Assembly (NCBI RefSeq): GCF_963921235.1 | Contig: NC_086097.1 | Span: 47,990,001-48,054,000 of the forward strand | Direction of reading: 5' to 3' | DNA: 64,000 nucleotides | Source: Mobula hypostoma | Taxonomy: Eukaryota | Shown here: one piece after another, positions 1 through 12,921 of the stretch | Position numbering within the stretch: position 1 is the stretch's first letter | Layout: the number at the start of each line of letters is the position of its first letter | Program-made: the position numbers and the translations under genes | Notes under the pieces: generated by a model | Databases searched by the model: none | What the model saw: only the letters and a program-made list of their open reading frames with translations | Told to the model about the DNA's origin: nothing

Positions 1-930
1 AATTTTTCGCTTGGCTTCACAAGTGATGCGGCTGTGCGTTTGCTGACATACCTGCAAGTTTGAGCATGCCTCTGCTAAAGTGATGTCAGTGGTGTCACCA
101 CCCCTTTGAGTATCTCTAGTTTTAAACACTGGAAAAAACACTCTCTAATTGTTATGGCACACTGAGAAAATCTGAAGTTTTATTAAGTATCTTCATTGAT
201 TGCCTAGTTGCTGTTCAGATAAATCCAATGTCAGAGTGTCCTCTTAATGATAAAAGCAGCCATCCACTGTGATATGGTCCTACTTGTACTAGAGTATTCA
301 TGTGATAAATTAACCTGAATGTTTGCCAGTGATTATGGCTTGCACTTTGAACTGCAATTATATCCTCAAAGATGAAACTGTGTGCCATGAATCATTTAAT
401 GATTGATCCCAGAAATTATCACTAACTGTAGGAGTGTTGACAAAAATCGACATGAGTGTAATTACTTCTAATGTACACTCTATTCCCAAAGCCAACAAAT
501 GGTGAAGTCGCAAATGGAAAAAACCCCGCCCCCTCAAAAACGTAAGATTTAACAAGTGACATATATGGCAAACTTAACCCTTTAACAGTCTGAGTGAATT
601 CTTCTAATAAAATTCAGGAGTCCCTACACAACTTTGTATTCTAGTATAAATTAATTTCTTTATGATGTTCAGATTTGAAAAGGCTCTGGTCTATGCCTAG
701 GTTGAGATGAGTATTGTACCCTGAATTTTAAAACTGACCCATTTGTGTTCTGAATAGATTTTTTTTTAAAGACTAGGCATTGTTCCTTCAATTTTACAAA
801 AATGAGATGATTGGGAAGGGAGAAGTGGGAGGGCATTGAGAGCCAACACTGTGCTGGAGGATTGTTTCAAATGAAAGGATATTTACTCTTTATAATATAA
901 TAACTTCTTTGTTTTCTTTTAAAACAATAG

Positions 931-1026
931 GAATTGGAGGCTATTCGAGATTCCCTAACCCCTTCTTTGGCTTGTGCAGCTGCAAAGACTGGTGATATAA
1001 ATGCCTTGGAAGCTATAAATGACATG
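931..1026 (+). CDS. ASPG: ASPG internal coding exon (ELEAIRDSLTPSLACAAAKTGDINALEAINDM), phase 0/0
   Basis: Polypyrimidine tract and AG ending 930; GTAAGG donor at 1027. The translation resembles the PSLACAAA..GD..AL segment that precedes the ankyrin repeats of vertebrate ASPG (recognised from memory, no search run). Confidence 0.9.
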
Positions 1027-1961
1027 GTAAGGCGAGGAAATGAAGCCTGCACTTGCTAAGAATTAGAAACAAAACACAGTGCTGGAAAATTTGGTAGATC
1101 AGCCAGAGTGGAGAAAACAGAAAATACAATTCCTGCTTGGAGTTCCTGTTTGATTGATGTGCTGTGGATTGGCTATTAGCCTTTGTTTACAATGAGTCCA
1201 AAATTCAGATCAATGGAACCTAAACTAGGTACCTGGCTGCGACACTGCCATAACAGTTGAAATTGATTTTTGACATGTTGTTATGGTCATACTATTTGTT
1301 ACACTCTCAATAAATGGGAAAACTTAATGGGTAGTTTTATTCGATTGCACAATAACATCATCCAACGGGTGTCAAAAGTACACTTTCTCATTGTGCTGGA
1401 TTCCTCCCCCAGACAGACACAAAACAGAGAAATATGGGATCCATTCAAAGAAAAGATCAAATACACAGTGTGCAAAAAATGGACAAATCACACAAATGGC
1501 AAAAATAAAAGCAAAAAAAAACGCACAATATAAGATATCAAACACATCCTTGAGGCAGTCTAGGAATGTTCGGTTCAGTTTAATTTAGCGGTGTCGTTCA
1601 GTAACTGCAGGCTGCAGAGCCAGCCTGCCCAGATCAAAATTGCACATAATAGTGAGGAAAAAAAAGAAGTAACCAGAAAAGCATGACGTGCACCGCATAG
1701 TCCAATCCACAAACTGCATCGATTAAACCTTGACCAAGACTCAAGACTTTGGCACCTTCCTCTGGCAGCAGTGAGACAGTGCTGAATACTCATTCACCTT
1801 TCGCTCTCACGAGGCAAACTTGTTTATTTCATGTGGAAAAATACAAGTGAGCAGAAGGTTATCAGAAATAATACCTAAAGGTCGTTTCAGAATCTAGAGA
1901 TCAAACTTTTCTCTAACTTTGGAAAAGAATTACAGAAATCACACTACTGGCAGCTGGTTTT

Positions 1962-2000
1962 GCCTGGCCTGCTGCGTTCACCAGCAACTTTGATGTGTGT
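1962..2000 (+). mobile_element. 39-bp Penelope-like terminal fragment with 10-bp TSD
   Basis: Sequence is the reverse complement of part of the PLE terminus near 47890-47930; flanked by AGCTGGTTTT at 1952-1961 and 2001-2010. Confidence 0.7.
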
Positions 2001-3427
2001 AGCTGGTTTTAAGTTGTGTTTAACTTCACAAGAAACAATCTTTCAGTTTATTTTAAATGACATATTGATATTCTCGTTGACTCGTGGCATCACATGGAAG
2101 GTCTTGTGTTTAGGGAACATATACTAGATACATTATTTTTAAAATAAGCTGGTAATTCCATTTGGAACAGCTCTGCACTTCAGAATGATTGGGATAATAC
2201 TGACATATACGGACCTTCAAAACGCATCTGATCTTTAAAAGGACAAATTATGATTAACTAGTTTTCCAGCTATAAACTATTAGTTTTAGTGTACAGATTG
2301 AGATAAAGAAGTGTAACACAAAATGCTAGAGCAGTGGTTTCCAAAGTAGTTGATATTGACCTCCCCCCTCCCCCACCATGGGGAGGGGGAGCAAGGAAAT
2401 TCTGAGGGGGTGATAGAAATAAAGGGTGTTGGGGGGGGTGAGGGTGTTTGGTCACAAGGTGGCAGCTGAGGGATTATAGGCTTAATTTAAGAAATTACTT
2501 ATTGCAAACATTTGATCCTCAGATTACATAATCATCTTATCTCTTGCTAACCCACTGTTGGGGTTTGCTTGAAGTGTGTTATAGTGGGTGAAAAGCAATG
2601 TGGCGCTTCTGTATATGGCATATCATAAAACCTGGACTGAAGAAATTGTGACATTCACTACTGTGGTACAGTGTTAGCTAGTACGACTCCCATACTCTAA
2701 TCACATACTGACTCCGTTCATGTGAATTATGGTGTGCCCTTCAATGGGGTGATGTTCAAAATCTACCCTCTTTGAATGGTCTTGACTGCATTTCTCTAGA
2801 ACATAGCCCAACCGGGAGATTGCTGCTCCACTTCAGGCAGAGAGTTGGCTTTTACCTGAGCTATTATGATGTGATAACTTTTCCCTTTATTGATTACAGC
2901 ACTTGATGTTGGACTTAAACAATAGGCAATTGAACATGGTCATTAATCCATACCTAAAATGGCCGAAGCAGACCAACTGAAAGTGTAGACAGTATAGTGC
3001 GGAGTATCTGAAATATGGATTTGTACTAGCGCCCGGCAACAAATGGCAGCCAAAGTGTGAGTTGTGTGGAAGTTCTTTTCAAATGAGGCAAAGAAACTGT
3101 CCAAGCTCCTTGACATTTGAAGAGAATACACTGATAAAGCAAACAAAACTTGGCTTGTTTTCAGTTATTTCGTGAAAACGTTCAGAAATAGAAAATACTT
3201 TAAAACATGTATGCCAGAACATAATAACAAAGCAGTACTTGTTCATTACCAAATCTGGAAAGCCCCATACAATTGGACAACTGATTCTGCCAACAGTAAG
3301 GGAGGTTCTGTGCATGGTTTTGCGTAAGTCACCAGAGCAAATAATTAAAGCTATTCTGCTCAGTGACAACTCTGTTCAAAGATGAATAGATGAAATGTCT
3401 GAGAATGTGGAAGAGACTATGCAACTG

Positions 3428-3569
3428 CTTGTTGTTCCTCTTCCCACCTTGTGGCATATCGGATGCTCAACCCAACAGGGATGGAAATCATGCAAGGAGC
3501 CAGCAGGATTCAAACCCAGGACTACTCACCTCAATGTCCAGTGTGGATACCACTACACCACCGATTGCC
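3428..3569 (-). mobile_element. tRNA-derived SINE fragment inserted in the hAT transposase
   Basis: Minus strand reads TGGTGTAGTGG (A box) ... GGTTTGAATCC (B box); interrupts the transposase reading. Confidence 0.6.
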
Positions 3570-4667
3570 AGCATACTTGGGATAACAAAATTTGCTCTGT
3601 AGTTGGATGACTGATCTTTGCCAGGCAATGAATCTTTACTTCTTGACTATGTTTGCTTTATAAAAGATGAAAGTGTGGTTCTAGAGTTATTTACAGGAGG
3701 ACTAGAAACAGATACAAAGAGGGAGTCGATATTTTAAGTTGAGCGATCAGGATGCCACTGTGGGGTTATTACTTCCTGAAAAGCTGTACCTAACATAATT
3801 TGTAGGAAATAAAATCAAGTCACATGCTCGCAGTTCTTGACTATTTTGAGATCTTTGTGTTAAGAATATAGGACAGTTTGAATGCTTGCTATTGCACACA
3901 GAAATCAGATGGCTCTCAAAAGGAAACAGACACTTCAGCACTTTTTTAAACAGATAAAATTTTATGAAGACTTGAATGTTTCATTCAGTAATCAACTCAA
4001 GAACATTAAGTATGACATTGCTAATTTCTCAGAATTATTTGCAAAGTTTAATGAAGTCAATTTTCAATTGCAAAAAAAATCTTATCAAAGTCAAATCAAT
4101 TGTCTCCACATTTCTGTCCAAGTTAACCCTATTTATTTAAGTTCAGTATTGGCCATCATGACCTCTTCCAATTTCCAAGCCTGTATATTGGAAGAAAAAG
4201 AGAATACGAGACGATCTACTACTATGCTACTCCACCTGGATGAGCTGCATAAAGACATGTCAGATTTCAGGATCTTCTCTCAGGCAGATTGGGTAATGAG
4301 GAATTAACAAGAAGGATGGAGGAAGAACTGATCTTGCTGCAAAAGTATTTTGAGCTGAAAGTTTTTTTAAAAAAAAGCCATATCAAGTTTTTTATTGCAG
4401 AAAGAAATCTCAGCACTGCCCTGCACTGTTTAGAAAGGTCAAGATGTACTTTTTGCTTTTTCAACATCATATTCAGTGGAGCACTGTTTCAGTGCAGTTG
4501 CTCACCTTCTTTCAAAGCAACAAAACAGATGGTAAATTGGATCTGAGACCCTGAGTGACATTCAATCTGATGTTGAGAAGCTGATATCACTGTACCAAAC
4601 CCATCATCTCATTGAAAGGTGAAAAAACAATGAAGTAGTGAATCGTTGGACTACCGATGAAATGTAT

Positions 4668-4880
4668 TCGACGTTTCGGGCCGGAACCCTTCGTCAGGAC
4701 TGTAGAGGGAAGGGGCAGAGGCCTCTGCCCCTTCCCTCTACAGTCCTGACGAAGGGTTCCGGCCCGAAACGTCGACTCATCGTTTCCACAAAATCCACGG
4801 ATGCTGCTTGACCTGCTGAGTTCCTCCAGCTTGTTGAGTGTTGCTTTGACCCCAGCATCTGCAGATTATTTTGTGTTGTT
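4668..4880 (+). mobile_element. Penelope-like terminal (pseudo-LTR) insertion with inverted duplication, forming a 108-bp perfect palindrome
   Basis: 4668-4721 is the exact reverse complement of 4722-4775. Flanked by the direct repeat GATGAAATGTAT (4656-4667 and 4881-4892). Same terminal sequence as the other PLE copies. Confidence 0.8.
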
Positions 4881-6098
4881 GATGAAATGTATTTGTACCT
4901 TTTAAATAGATTTGAATAACTTTTGCAATTATTTGTCACTGTTTTGAATTTGCAGTTCCTATTTTCTTTCACTGTACATCAAAAATCAAAATTCTTTATA
5001 ATTTTTATGAAGGGGCACTGGGGAAGTGATTTGGGAACCAAGGGGGGCAGTATCCCAAAAATTCAGGAATTACAGCAGAATTGAGTTCCTCCAGCATTTT
5101 CTGTTTTACTCTGGGTTTCTAGCACCTGCAGAATCTCTTCTGTTTGTGATCAAGAAGTTAATAGCTGGGCCTTATTTGTGCTTAAAGGAATTGTACGATC
5201 TCTAATATTCCATCAGACATGGAGTACCGCACTAATGTTCACTCTCTAGAATCATGGGTAGAGTTAGTGGTAAACCTGAATGCTGTTTGAACTGTATCCT
5301 GGTGTATTAGCATGTCAAAAGACTAGCCGGACTTTACAATGGAAGCATGTGGGGCAGGAAGTTTCCTTTTAAAGGCTGATTATGACCTTACGTTGAACAC
5401 TTTATGGTGAGAATAATAGAATTGGCAGAGGGTTTACTTTGTAGCTGACTGCTTCAATGTTCAATGAGCAGTGACTGGAACAAGTCTTGAGGAAACTGCA
5501 GCTTTTTTTCGTGGATAATTTACAGCTCACTTAATTATTACGTCATTTCACATTTATCTGCGGAATATAAATTGTTACATCTAGACTATTCATTTTGGAG
5601 CTTTGCTCTGCTACATTCGTTTTATATTCCAGCAGCAGCTGGCTTTAACTGAAAGAAGACTTGCATGTTATTTCAACTTTGTGCTCAAGATCTTTTGATC
5701 TACTTTCTGTTCTTACTTGCCATCTCTCTCCAAAGGCAGGCAGTGTTGCAGGTTGTGTAACCTTGAGTGGACAGTCTGTTCATCATTTGGTTCAGCTCAA
5801 TCTGTGCTCTTGCCTGCTGATTAGCAGCAATTGGGTGTTTAAAAATCAGAAATCAAAGATTAGAAGAATTAGGGTGGGAAGATCTGTGCCAGCTTTGCCC
5901 AAATTTTCCATTTCAATTTGGGCATTATGAGCAGTTTTGTATTGTTATGGAATCAAACCTATCATCAGTGGAATTGGTTACAAAGCCACTTGACGGAAGT
6001 AACATTTGCCATCTAGTCATGATTAATATTTTAAACTGAAGTATCAATGAATGTCTTATGCTAGGAAATTTGCAGCATCTGTTTTTTTTTTAAAACAG

Positions 6099-6262
6099 GG
6101 TGGGAAATTGTCCAGTGCAGATTATGATGGGCGCACTCCCCTGCATGTGGCAGCTTGTGAGGGTCATCTACAAGTTGTGCAGTATCTCTTGGAACATGGA
6201 GCCACTGTTTATGCTCAAGATCGTTATGGCAATACACCATTAAAGAATGCAGTGAAATTCAG
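6099..6262 (+). CDS. ASPG: ASPG ankyrin-repeat exon (GGKLSSADYDGRTPLHVAACEGHLQVVQYLLEHGATVYAQDRYGNTPLKNAVKFR), phase 0/2
   Basis: T-rich tract and CAG acceptor ending 6098; GT donor at 6263. Canonical ankyrin motif G-TPLH-AA--G; in frame with the previous exon. Confidence 0.93.
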
Positions 6263-6329
6263 GTACATAGGGCTTCATTCATTAACCTTTTAAATCTTAA
6301 GGTCCTCGTCTCTGCTTTCAAAGACCATG

Positions 6330-6680
6330 GGCAGGAATCCCTTTTGCCGTAATTGGACACAGAACCTTGTAGATGCAGTCAGGAAAGACAGCTGCACCTG
6401 GGAGGAATTGTCTTTTGGGTAAATTTTAAATGTTGATGCTCTTCTGTTGAATGGATCCTAAAGATAACACTGCATTACTCAGAACCTGGCAATTCTGGTG
6501 CCCCAGCAAATGTTTATCACTAAAACAGTTTCATTTGGCCATTTTGTATTCCGGTTTGTGAAACTTTGGTTCCTGCTGTTTCCCTACATCACAAGCTACA
6601 TCAAAGTAGTACCTTGGCACTGAGGTGCTTTGGAACATTCCGAGGTATGAAAAGGCTCATTATAAGTAACATTTCTTTGA
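6330..6680 (+). mobile_element. Degenerate Deu-domain SINE (SacSINE/AmnSINE-like)
   Basis: Resembles the Deu-SINE core and tail (…taaagat…cactaaaacag…tttccctacat…gctttggaacattccgaggtatgaaaagg…); recognised by eye. Confidence 0.5.
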
Positions 6681-6902
6681 AGAATGAGGAGGTTTCTCCA
6701 TTATTTCATTGTTTCCTTTTTAAATAATGAACACTTAATTAATTTGGAATTGGTTTATTTTTGTCACGTAGAAAAGCTTGTCTTACATACTATTCATACA
6801 GATCAGCTAAGGTAGTAAAACAATAGAATGCAGAATAAAGTGTAACAGCTAGAATGAAAATGCATTGTGAGTAGATAATGGGGTGCAAGATCAAATAGTA
6901 AG

Positions 6903-9900
6903 TTACCTGTGAGGAATAGGAACAGGAATTATGTCTGTGAAGCCGTTGTTCTGTGCTCCGTGTCAGATGTGGGAAGTTCGGGAGACTCCCAACCTCCCAG
7001 GTGGCCACATCTGCACCAAGTGTGTTGAGCTGCAGCTCCTTAGGGACCAGGTTAGAGAACTGGAGCTGCAGCTCAATGACCTTTGTCTGGCCAGGGAAAG
7101 TGAGGAGGTGATCGAGAGGAGCTATAGGCAGGTAGTCACACCAGGGCCTGGGGAGACAGATAAGTGGGTAACAGTCAGGAGAGGGAAGGGCAGGAGTCAG
7201 ACACTAGAGAGTACCCCTGTGGCTGTCCCCCTTAACAATAAGTACTCCTGTTTGAGTACTGTTGGGGAGGGATGATCTACCTGGGGGAAGCAACAGTGGC
7301 CGTGCTGCTGGCAGAGTGTCTGGCCTTGTGGCTCGGGTAGGAAAAGGAAGAGGACGGCAGCAGTAAAAGGAGACTCTACAGTTAGGGGGTCAGACAGGTG
7401 ATTCTGTGGACGCAGGAAAGAAACATGGATGGTAGTTTGCCTCCCAGGTGCCAGGGTCCGGGATGTTTCTGATCATGTTCATGATATCCTGAAGTGGGAA
7501 GGTGAACAGCCAGAGGTCGTGGTACATATTGGTACCAATGACATAGGTAGGAGTAGGGAGGAGATCCTAAAAACAGGCTACAGGGAGTTAGGAAGGAAGT
7601 TGAGAAGCAGGACCTCAAAGGTAGTCATCTCGGGATTACTGCCTGTGTCACAGGATTGTGAGTATAGGAATAGAGTGAGGTGGAGGATAAATGCGTGGCT
7701 GAGGGATTGGAGCAGGGGGCAGGGATTCAGATTTCTGGATCATTGGGACCTCTTTTGGGGCAGGAGTGACCTGTACAAAAAGGGCTGGTTACACTTGAAT
7801 CCCAGGGGGACCAATGTCCCTGGCAGGGAAGATTGCCAAGGCTATTGGGGAGATTTTAAACTAGAATTGCTGAGGGGTGGGAATCGAACTGAAGAGATGG
7901 AGAAAGGGGTGGTTGGTTCACGAATGGAGAGAGCTTGGAGACAGCGCGAGAGGGAGGATAAGCAGGTGTTAGAAGGAATGCGCTCAGACCGATGGTTTGA
8001 GATGTGTATTTTAATGCAAGACCAAAGCAGATGAGCTTAGAGCATGAATCAGTACTTGGAGATATGATGTTGTGGCCATTACAGAGACTTGGATGGCTCA
8101 GGGGCAGGAATGGTTACTTCAAGTGCCAGGCTTTAGATATTTAAGAAAGGGCAGGGAGGGAGGCAAAAAAGGTGGGGGCATAGGTCATGGAGGGATTGTC
8201 TACTGATCATCCTGAGTCTCTGTGCATGGAAGTTAGAAACAGGGAAGGGACAATAACTCTACTGGGTGTTTTTTATAGACCACACAATAGTAACAGTGAC
8301 ATCGAGGAGCAGATACGGAGACAGATTCTGGAAAGGTGTAATAATAACAGAGTTGTTGTGGTGGGAGATTTTAATTTCCCAAATATTGATTGGCATCTCC
8401 CTAGAGCAAGAGGTTTATATGGGGTGGAGTTTGTTAGGTCTGTTCAGGAATTTTTCCTGACACAATATGTAGATAAGCCTACGAGAGAGGCTGTACTTGA
8501 TCTGGTATTGGGAAATGAACCTGGTCAGGTGTCAGATCTCTCAGTGGGAGAGCATTTTGGAGATAGTGATCACAATTCTATCTCCTTTACCATAGCATTG
8601 GAGAGGGATAGGAACAGACAAGTTAGGAAAGTGCTTAATCGGAGTGAGGGGAATTATGAAGATGTTAGGCAGGAACTTGGCAGCATAAATTGGAAAATGT
8701 ACGGCAGAAATGTGGCAAATGTTCAGGGGATATTTGAGTGGTGTTCTGCATGGGTGTGTTCCAATGAGACAAGGAAAGGATGGTAGGGTACAGGAACCAT
8801 GGTGTACAAAGGCTGTTGAAAATCTAGTCAAGGAAAGAAGAAAAGCTTACGATGGGTAAGTAAATTTGTCGATGGCACAAAGGTGGGAGGTGTTGTGGAT
8901 AGTGTGGAGGGCTGTCAGAAGTTACAGCGCGACATTGATAGGATGCAAAACTGGGCTGAGAAGTGGCAGATGGAGTTCAACCCAGATAAGTGTGAGGTGA
9001 CACGCAAAAAAAATTGCTGGTGAATGCAGCAGGCCAGGCAGCATCTATAGGAAGAGGTACAGTCGACGTTTTGGGCTGAGACCCTTCGTCAGGACTAACT
9101 GAAAGAGATAGTAGGAGATTTGAAAGGGGGAGGGCGAGATCCGAAATGATAGGAGAAGACAAAAGGGGGAGGGATGGAGTTAAGAGCTGGAAAGTTGATT
9201 GGCAAAAGGGATACAAGGCTGGAGAAGGGAGAGGATAATGGGATGGGAGGCCTAGGGAGAAAGAAAGGGGTGGGGTGAAAAAAGACAAGATGGGCAAGGA
9301 GTTATAGTGAGAGGGACAGAGGGTGGGGGGAAAAAAGGGGAAAGAAAATAATAATAAATAAGGGATGGGGTACGAAGGGGAGGTAGGGCATTAACGGAAG
9401 TTAGAGAAGTCAATGTTCATGCCATCAGGTTGGAGGCTACCCAGACGGAATATAAGGTGTTGTTCCTCCAACCTGAGTGTGGCTTCATCTTGATGGTAGA
9501 GGAGACTGTGACGAGACTTCACAGAAGTGTGAGGTGGTTCATTTTGGTAGGTCAAATATGATGGCAGAATATAGTATTAATGGTAAGACTCTTGGCAGTG
9601 TGGAGGATCAGAGGGATCTTGGGGTCCAAGTCTATAGGACACTCAAAGCTGCTGCACAGGTTGATTCTGTGGTTAAGAAGGCATACAGTGCATTGGCCTT
9701 CATCAATCGTGGGATTGAGTTCAAGAGCTGGTAGGTAATGTTATAGCTATATAGGACCCTGGTCAGACCTCACTTGGAGTACTGTGCTCAGTTCTGGTCA
9801 CCTCACTACAGGAGGGATATGGAAACTATAGAAAGGGTGCAGAGGAGATTTACAAGGATGTTGCCTGGATTGGGGACCATGCCTTATGAAAATAGGTTGA

Positions 9901-10317
9901 GTGAACTTGGCCTTTTCTCCTTGGAGTGGCGGAGGATGAGAGGTGATGTGATAGAGGTGTATTAAGTGATAGGAGGCATTGATTGTGTGGATAGAGGCTT
10001 TTTCTCAGGGCTGAAATGGCTAGCACGAGAGGGCACAGTTTTAAGGTGCTTGGAAGTAGGTACAGAGGAGATGTCGGGTAAGTTTTTTACGCAGAGAGTG
10101 GTGAGTGCGTGGAATGGGCTGCCAGCAATGGTGGTGGAGGCGGATATGATAGGGTCTTTTAAGAGACTCCTGGATAGGTACAAGGAGCTTAGAAAAATAG
10201 AGGGCTCTGGGTAACCCTTGGTAATTTCTGAAGTAAGTACATGTTTGACACAGCATTGTGGGCTGAAGGGGCTGTATTGTACTGTGGGGTTTCTGTTACT
10301 ATGTTTCTGTTTCTGTC
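6903..10317 (+). mobile_element. CR1 LINE with ORF1 (Zn-finger/coiled-coil plus SGNH esterase) and internally deleted ORF2; interrupted by a Penelope-like insert
   Basis: ORF1: C..CQMW...C.KC..LQLLRDQVRELE (6931), CLPGARVRDV, VVHIGTNDI, HLN. APE: TETW (~8081), YRP, VGDFNFP, SDH. ORF2 jumps near 8850 to KFVDGTK. C-terminal [12 protein letters not shown]-rich tail. Confidence 0.88.
9000..9524 (-). mobile_element. Penelope-like element fragment nested in CR1, 12-bp TSD
   Basis: AAGTGTGAGGTG at 8988-8999 and 9525-9536. Minus strand has the GIY-YIG C-terminal remnant (LRLEEQHLIFRLGSLQPDGMNIDF) and the PLE terminus. Confidence 0.8.
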
Positions 10318-10625
10318 TCTCATTTGCCCCATCTGGTGCAATTTTCCCTATATAGGAAATGTGATCGGGTATTCTCAGAGGCAGAGAGAGTAAAGGGGAG
10401 AAATAGAAAATATTTCCCTTGTTCTTTTAATTCCAGTCCATATTGGCTCTTTTTCCATCAGTCAGACAGCAGGCACTGGGGCAGGGACGTGATCTTCAGC
10501 CTTCAGGGGTGATGTATACTGCAAAGCCAGTGATGTGACGAAAAGTCAACAGCAAAAAGATCAAAAGAACACAAAATGCCATTGTGCAGGGCAATCTATT
10601 TATTAAATCGTTATAATTCTGGTCA

Positions 10626-10972
10626 TTCAGATTCAGAATCAGGCTTATTATCACTGGCATGTAACGTGAAATTTGTTAACTTAGCAGCAGCAGTTCAATG
10701 CAATGCGTAATATAGCAGAGATAAAAATATAAATAAAATAAAACAATAAACAAGTAAATCAATTGTGTATATTGAATAGATTTTTTAAAATGTGCAAGAA
10801 CAGAAATACTATATATTTAAAACAAAAAGTGAGGTGTCTAAAGTGTCAATGTCCATTTAGGAATTGGATGGCAGAGCTGTTCCTGAATCACTGAGTGTGT
10901 GCCTTCAGGCTTCTGTACCTCCTACCTGATGGTAACAGTGAGAAGGGCATGCCCTGGGTGCTGGAGGTCCTT
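10626..10972 (-). mobile_element. LINE 3' end fragment (probably Rex1/Babar-like) with short (CTGAAT)n tail
   Basis: attcagattcagaatcagg microsatellite-like tail, followed by a coding-end remnant on the minus strand. Confidence 0.45.
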
Positions 10973-11249
10973 AATTGTCAGGCCTGAACATTGAGTTGGA
11001 TCAGTGTACAGTAGTGTGATGTTCTAAAAATATCACTATAAGGCTTCCAAAAGTAGAGTTTATGGGTTATAAAGTGCCTTAAGGGCATTCTGAATTTCTG
11101 AGAGGAACAAATGTGTGCTCTTTGATAGAACGATGAGCAACTGTAGATTCTTTTTGCATGCAATACAGTGCCTACAGTTCCTTGCAGGAAGGATTTTCCG
11201 ATGTTAAAATCACTTTTTTTTGGTTCATTTTCTCTCAGTAAAGAGCCAT

Positions 11250-12150
11250 ACAGGTAAAGTCCATAGGAAAGAGGGTAGTGGTAGAGGGTCGTTACTCTGA
11301 CTGGAGGTCTGTCACCAGTGAAGTTTCACAAGGATCAGTCCTCAGATCTGTTTGTGATATACTTAAATGATTTGGATAAAAATCTAAAGTGGGCAGACTA
11401 GTAAGTTTCCAAATAATATAGAAATTGGCAGAGTTGTGCGTAGTGAGGAAGAAGGTTCAAGATGCATTTATTATTAAAGTCTGTGCATAGTATACGACTG
11501 AGATTCACCTTCTCCAGACAGCCACAAAACGAAGAAGACTATGGAACCGTTCAAAGAAAACAAAATTGAAAAGGATTTAGCAGGATATCGATCAGTTGGA
11601 AATGTTGGCATAGTGTTCAATTGGGACAAGTGTGAGGTGTTCTGCTTTGGGAAGTCAAATGTAAGCAGAAAGTATACATTTAATGGCATGACTGTTCAAT
11701 ACGTTGATGTACAGAAGGGTCTTGGGGATGCAAATTTGAAGCTGTCAAACACAGGCAGATAATGTGGTAAAGAATACTTTTCTTCATCAGTTGGGCTGCT
11801 GAGTATGAAACCAAAGTCGTGATGCAATTGTAAGTATATAAAATTGTGAAAGGCGCAGATTTTTTGGGTATATGGTCGGTCTGTATCCCAGGGTGGAAAT
11901 GTCAAATATTGGAAGGCGTAGGTTTAAGGTGAGAGGAAGAAAGTTTAAAAGTGATTTACAAGGCAAGTTTCTTTTTGTTTTTACGGTAGGTTCTTGGAAG
12001 AGGTGGAAGCAGACACTGCAGTAACATTTACTTGGCATTTTGCGGCATTTACTTGGGTGCATGACCAAGCAGTGGATTGGAAGGATATAGACTGTGTGCA
12101 GGCAGATGGGATTCATGTCATGATAGGCTCTTCCTGTGCTTTGTTTTCTG
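11250..12150 (+). mobile_element. Highly degraded CR1 RT/3' fragment
   Basis: Remnants of W.SVTS.V.QGSVL, FNWDKCEVFCFGKSN and FKVRG.KF. Confidence 0.65.
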
Positions 12151-12921
12151 TCTGTCTAAATACTGTTTTTCTGATCTATTGTCAGTGTTATAGCGTGTGT
12201 GTTTATGGTAAGAGCAGGAACTGAAAACTTTTTATTCCAGGAAATTCACTGTTTAAGGAATGTCTCAGATCGGCCATGCTTTCATGTGATGACACGAGGT
12301 GGAAGGTCTTGTGCAAAAGTAATTTTTCTGATGTAATAATCATGAGCAATATGCCTGGCATTTAGCTACCCTGACATTTTCCAATTGAATACCAAAAAAA
12401 ATTAGGGGGGGGGTGGAGGTCAACTGTGGTCATTAGCAGCTAGTAGTACTTCCTGCAATCAAGAGTTTCTGTCCCTTACGGGATATGAAAGTGAATCCTA
12501 GATTCTTAGCTAATTATCACCCTCTAGTGGTGCCCTTAAGGATTGCTAGTTATGCAGCTTCATGACCAGTAGGAGATGCAGTTCATAAGCACGTTAGGGC
12601 AAACAGTATTGAGCTTGGATCAGAAGATTTCTAGTTCAGTATTTCAGTACCAAACGGAATTCAAAACAAATAAGTCCCCTGTCTAATTTAGTTTAAGCCT
12701 AATTCGTACATAGATTGGGCTAAGCTTCTCCATTGCTAGCATTAGAAGTCCATGTTTTCAGCCGATAAAATGCATGCAACAGAAATTGTATGTAAAACTC
12801 TCTATCCCCTTCACAATAGAAACTTATGAAATGGTGCTGTAGCAGGTCTCGCTGGACTGAGAACACTTTTTGTAAAGGATTAGTTCTGTTCTGTTGAATG
12901 TTTTGTTTCTGTCTTCTACAG

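Larger units (their letters stand above)
2332..5075 (+). mobile_element. Decayed hAT (Charlie/Buster-type) DNA transposon with nested SINE and Penelope insertions
   Basis: CAGTGGTTTCCAAA terminus at 2332. Transposase remnants: EYLKYGF (~3002), KSGKPHTIG..ILP (~3251), LSDNSVQR.IDEMSENVE (~3358), LLLHTEIRWLSKG (3886-3924), FSTSYSVEHCFSAV (~4460). Many stops and frameshifts; right end degenerate. Confidence 0.8.

Noticed and set aside
1270..1800. Short ORFs or an additional ASPG exon
   Set aside because: The flanking exons already join in frame and colinearly with ASPG; the A-rich stretch looks like an unclassified repeat.
3490..3569. tRNA gene
   Set aside because: A and B boxes are present but no convincing cloverleaf; continues into a SINE body.
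3882..4546. Domesticated ZBED/SCAND3-like transposase gene
   Set aside because: Multiple stops, frameshifts and nested insertions; a fossil hAT element.
6051..6293. Standalone 80-aa ankyrin protein
   Set aside because: It is one ASPG exon (6099-6262) read through its intronic flanks.
6931..8034. Host esterase/lipase gene nested in ASPG
   Set aside because: It is the SGNH esterase-type ORF1 of a CR1 LINE, followed directly by CR1 ORF2 remnants.
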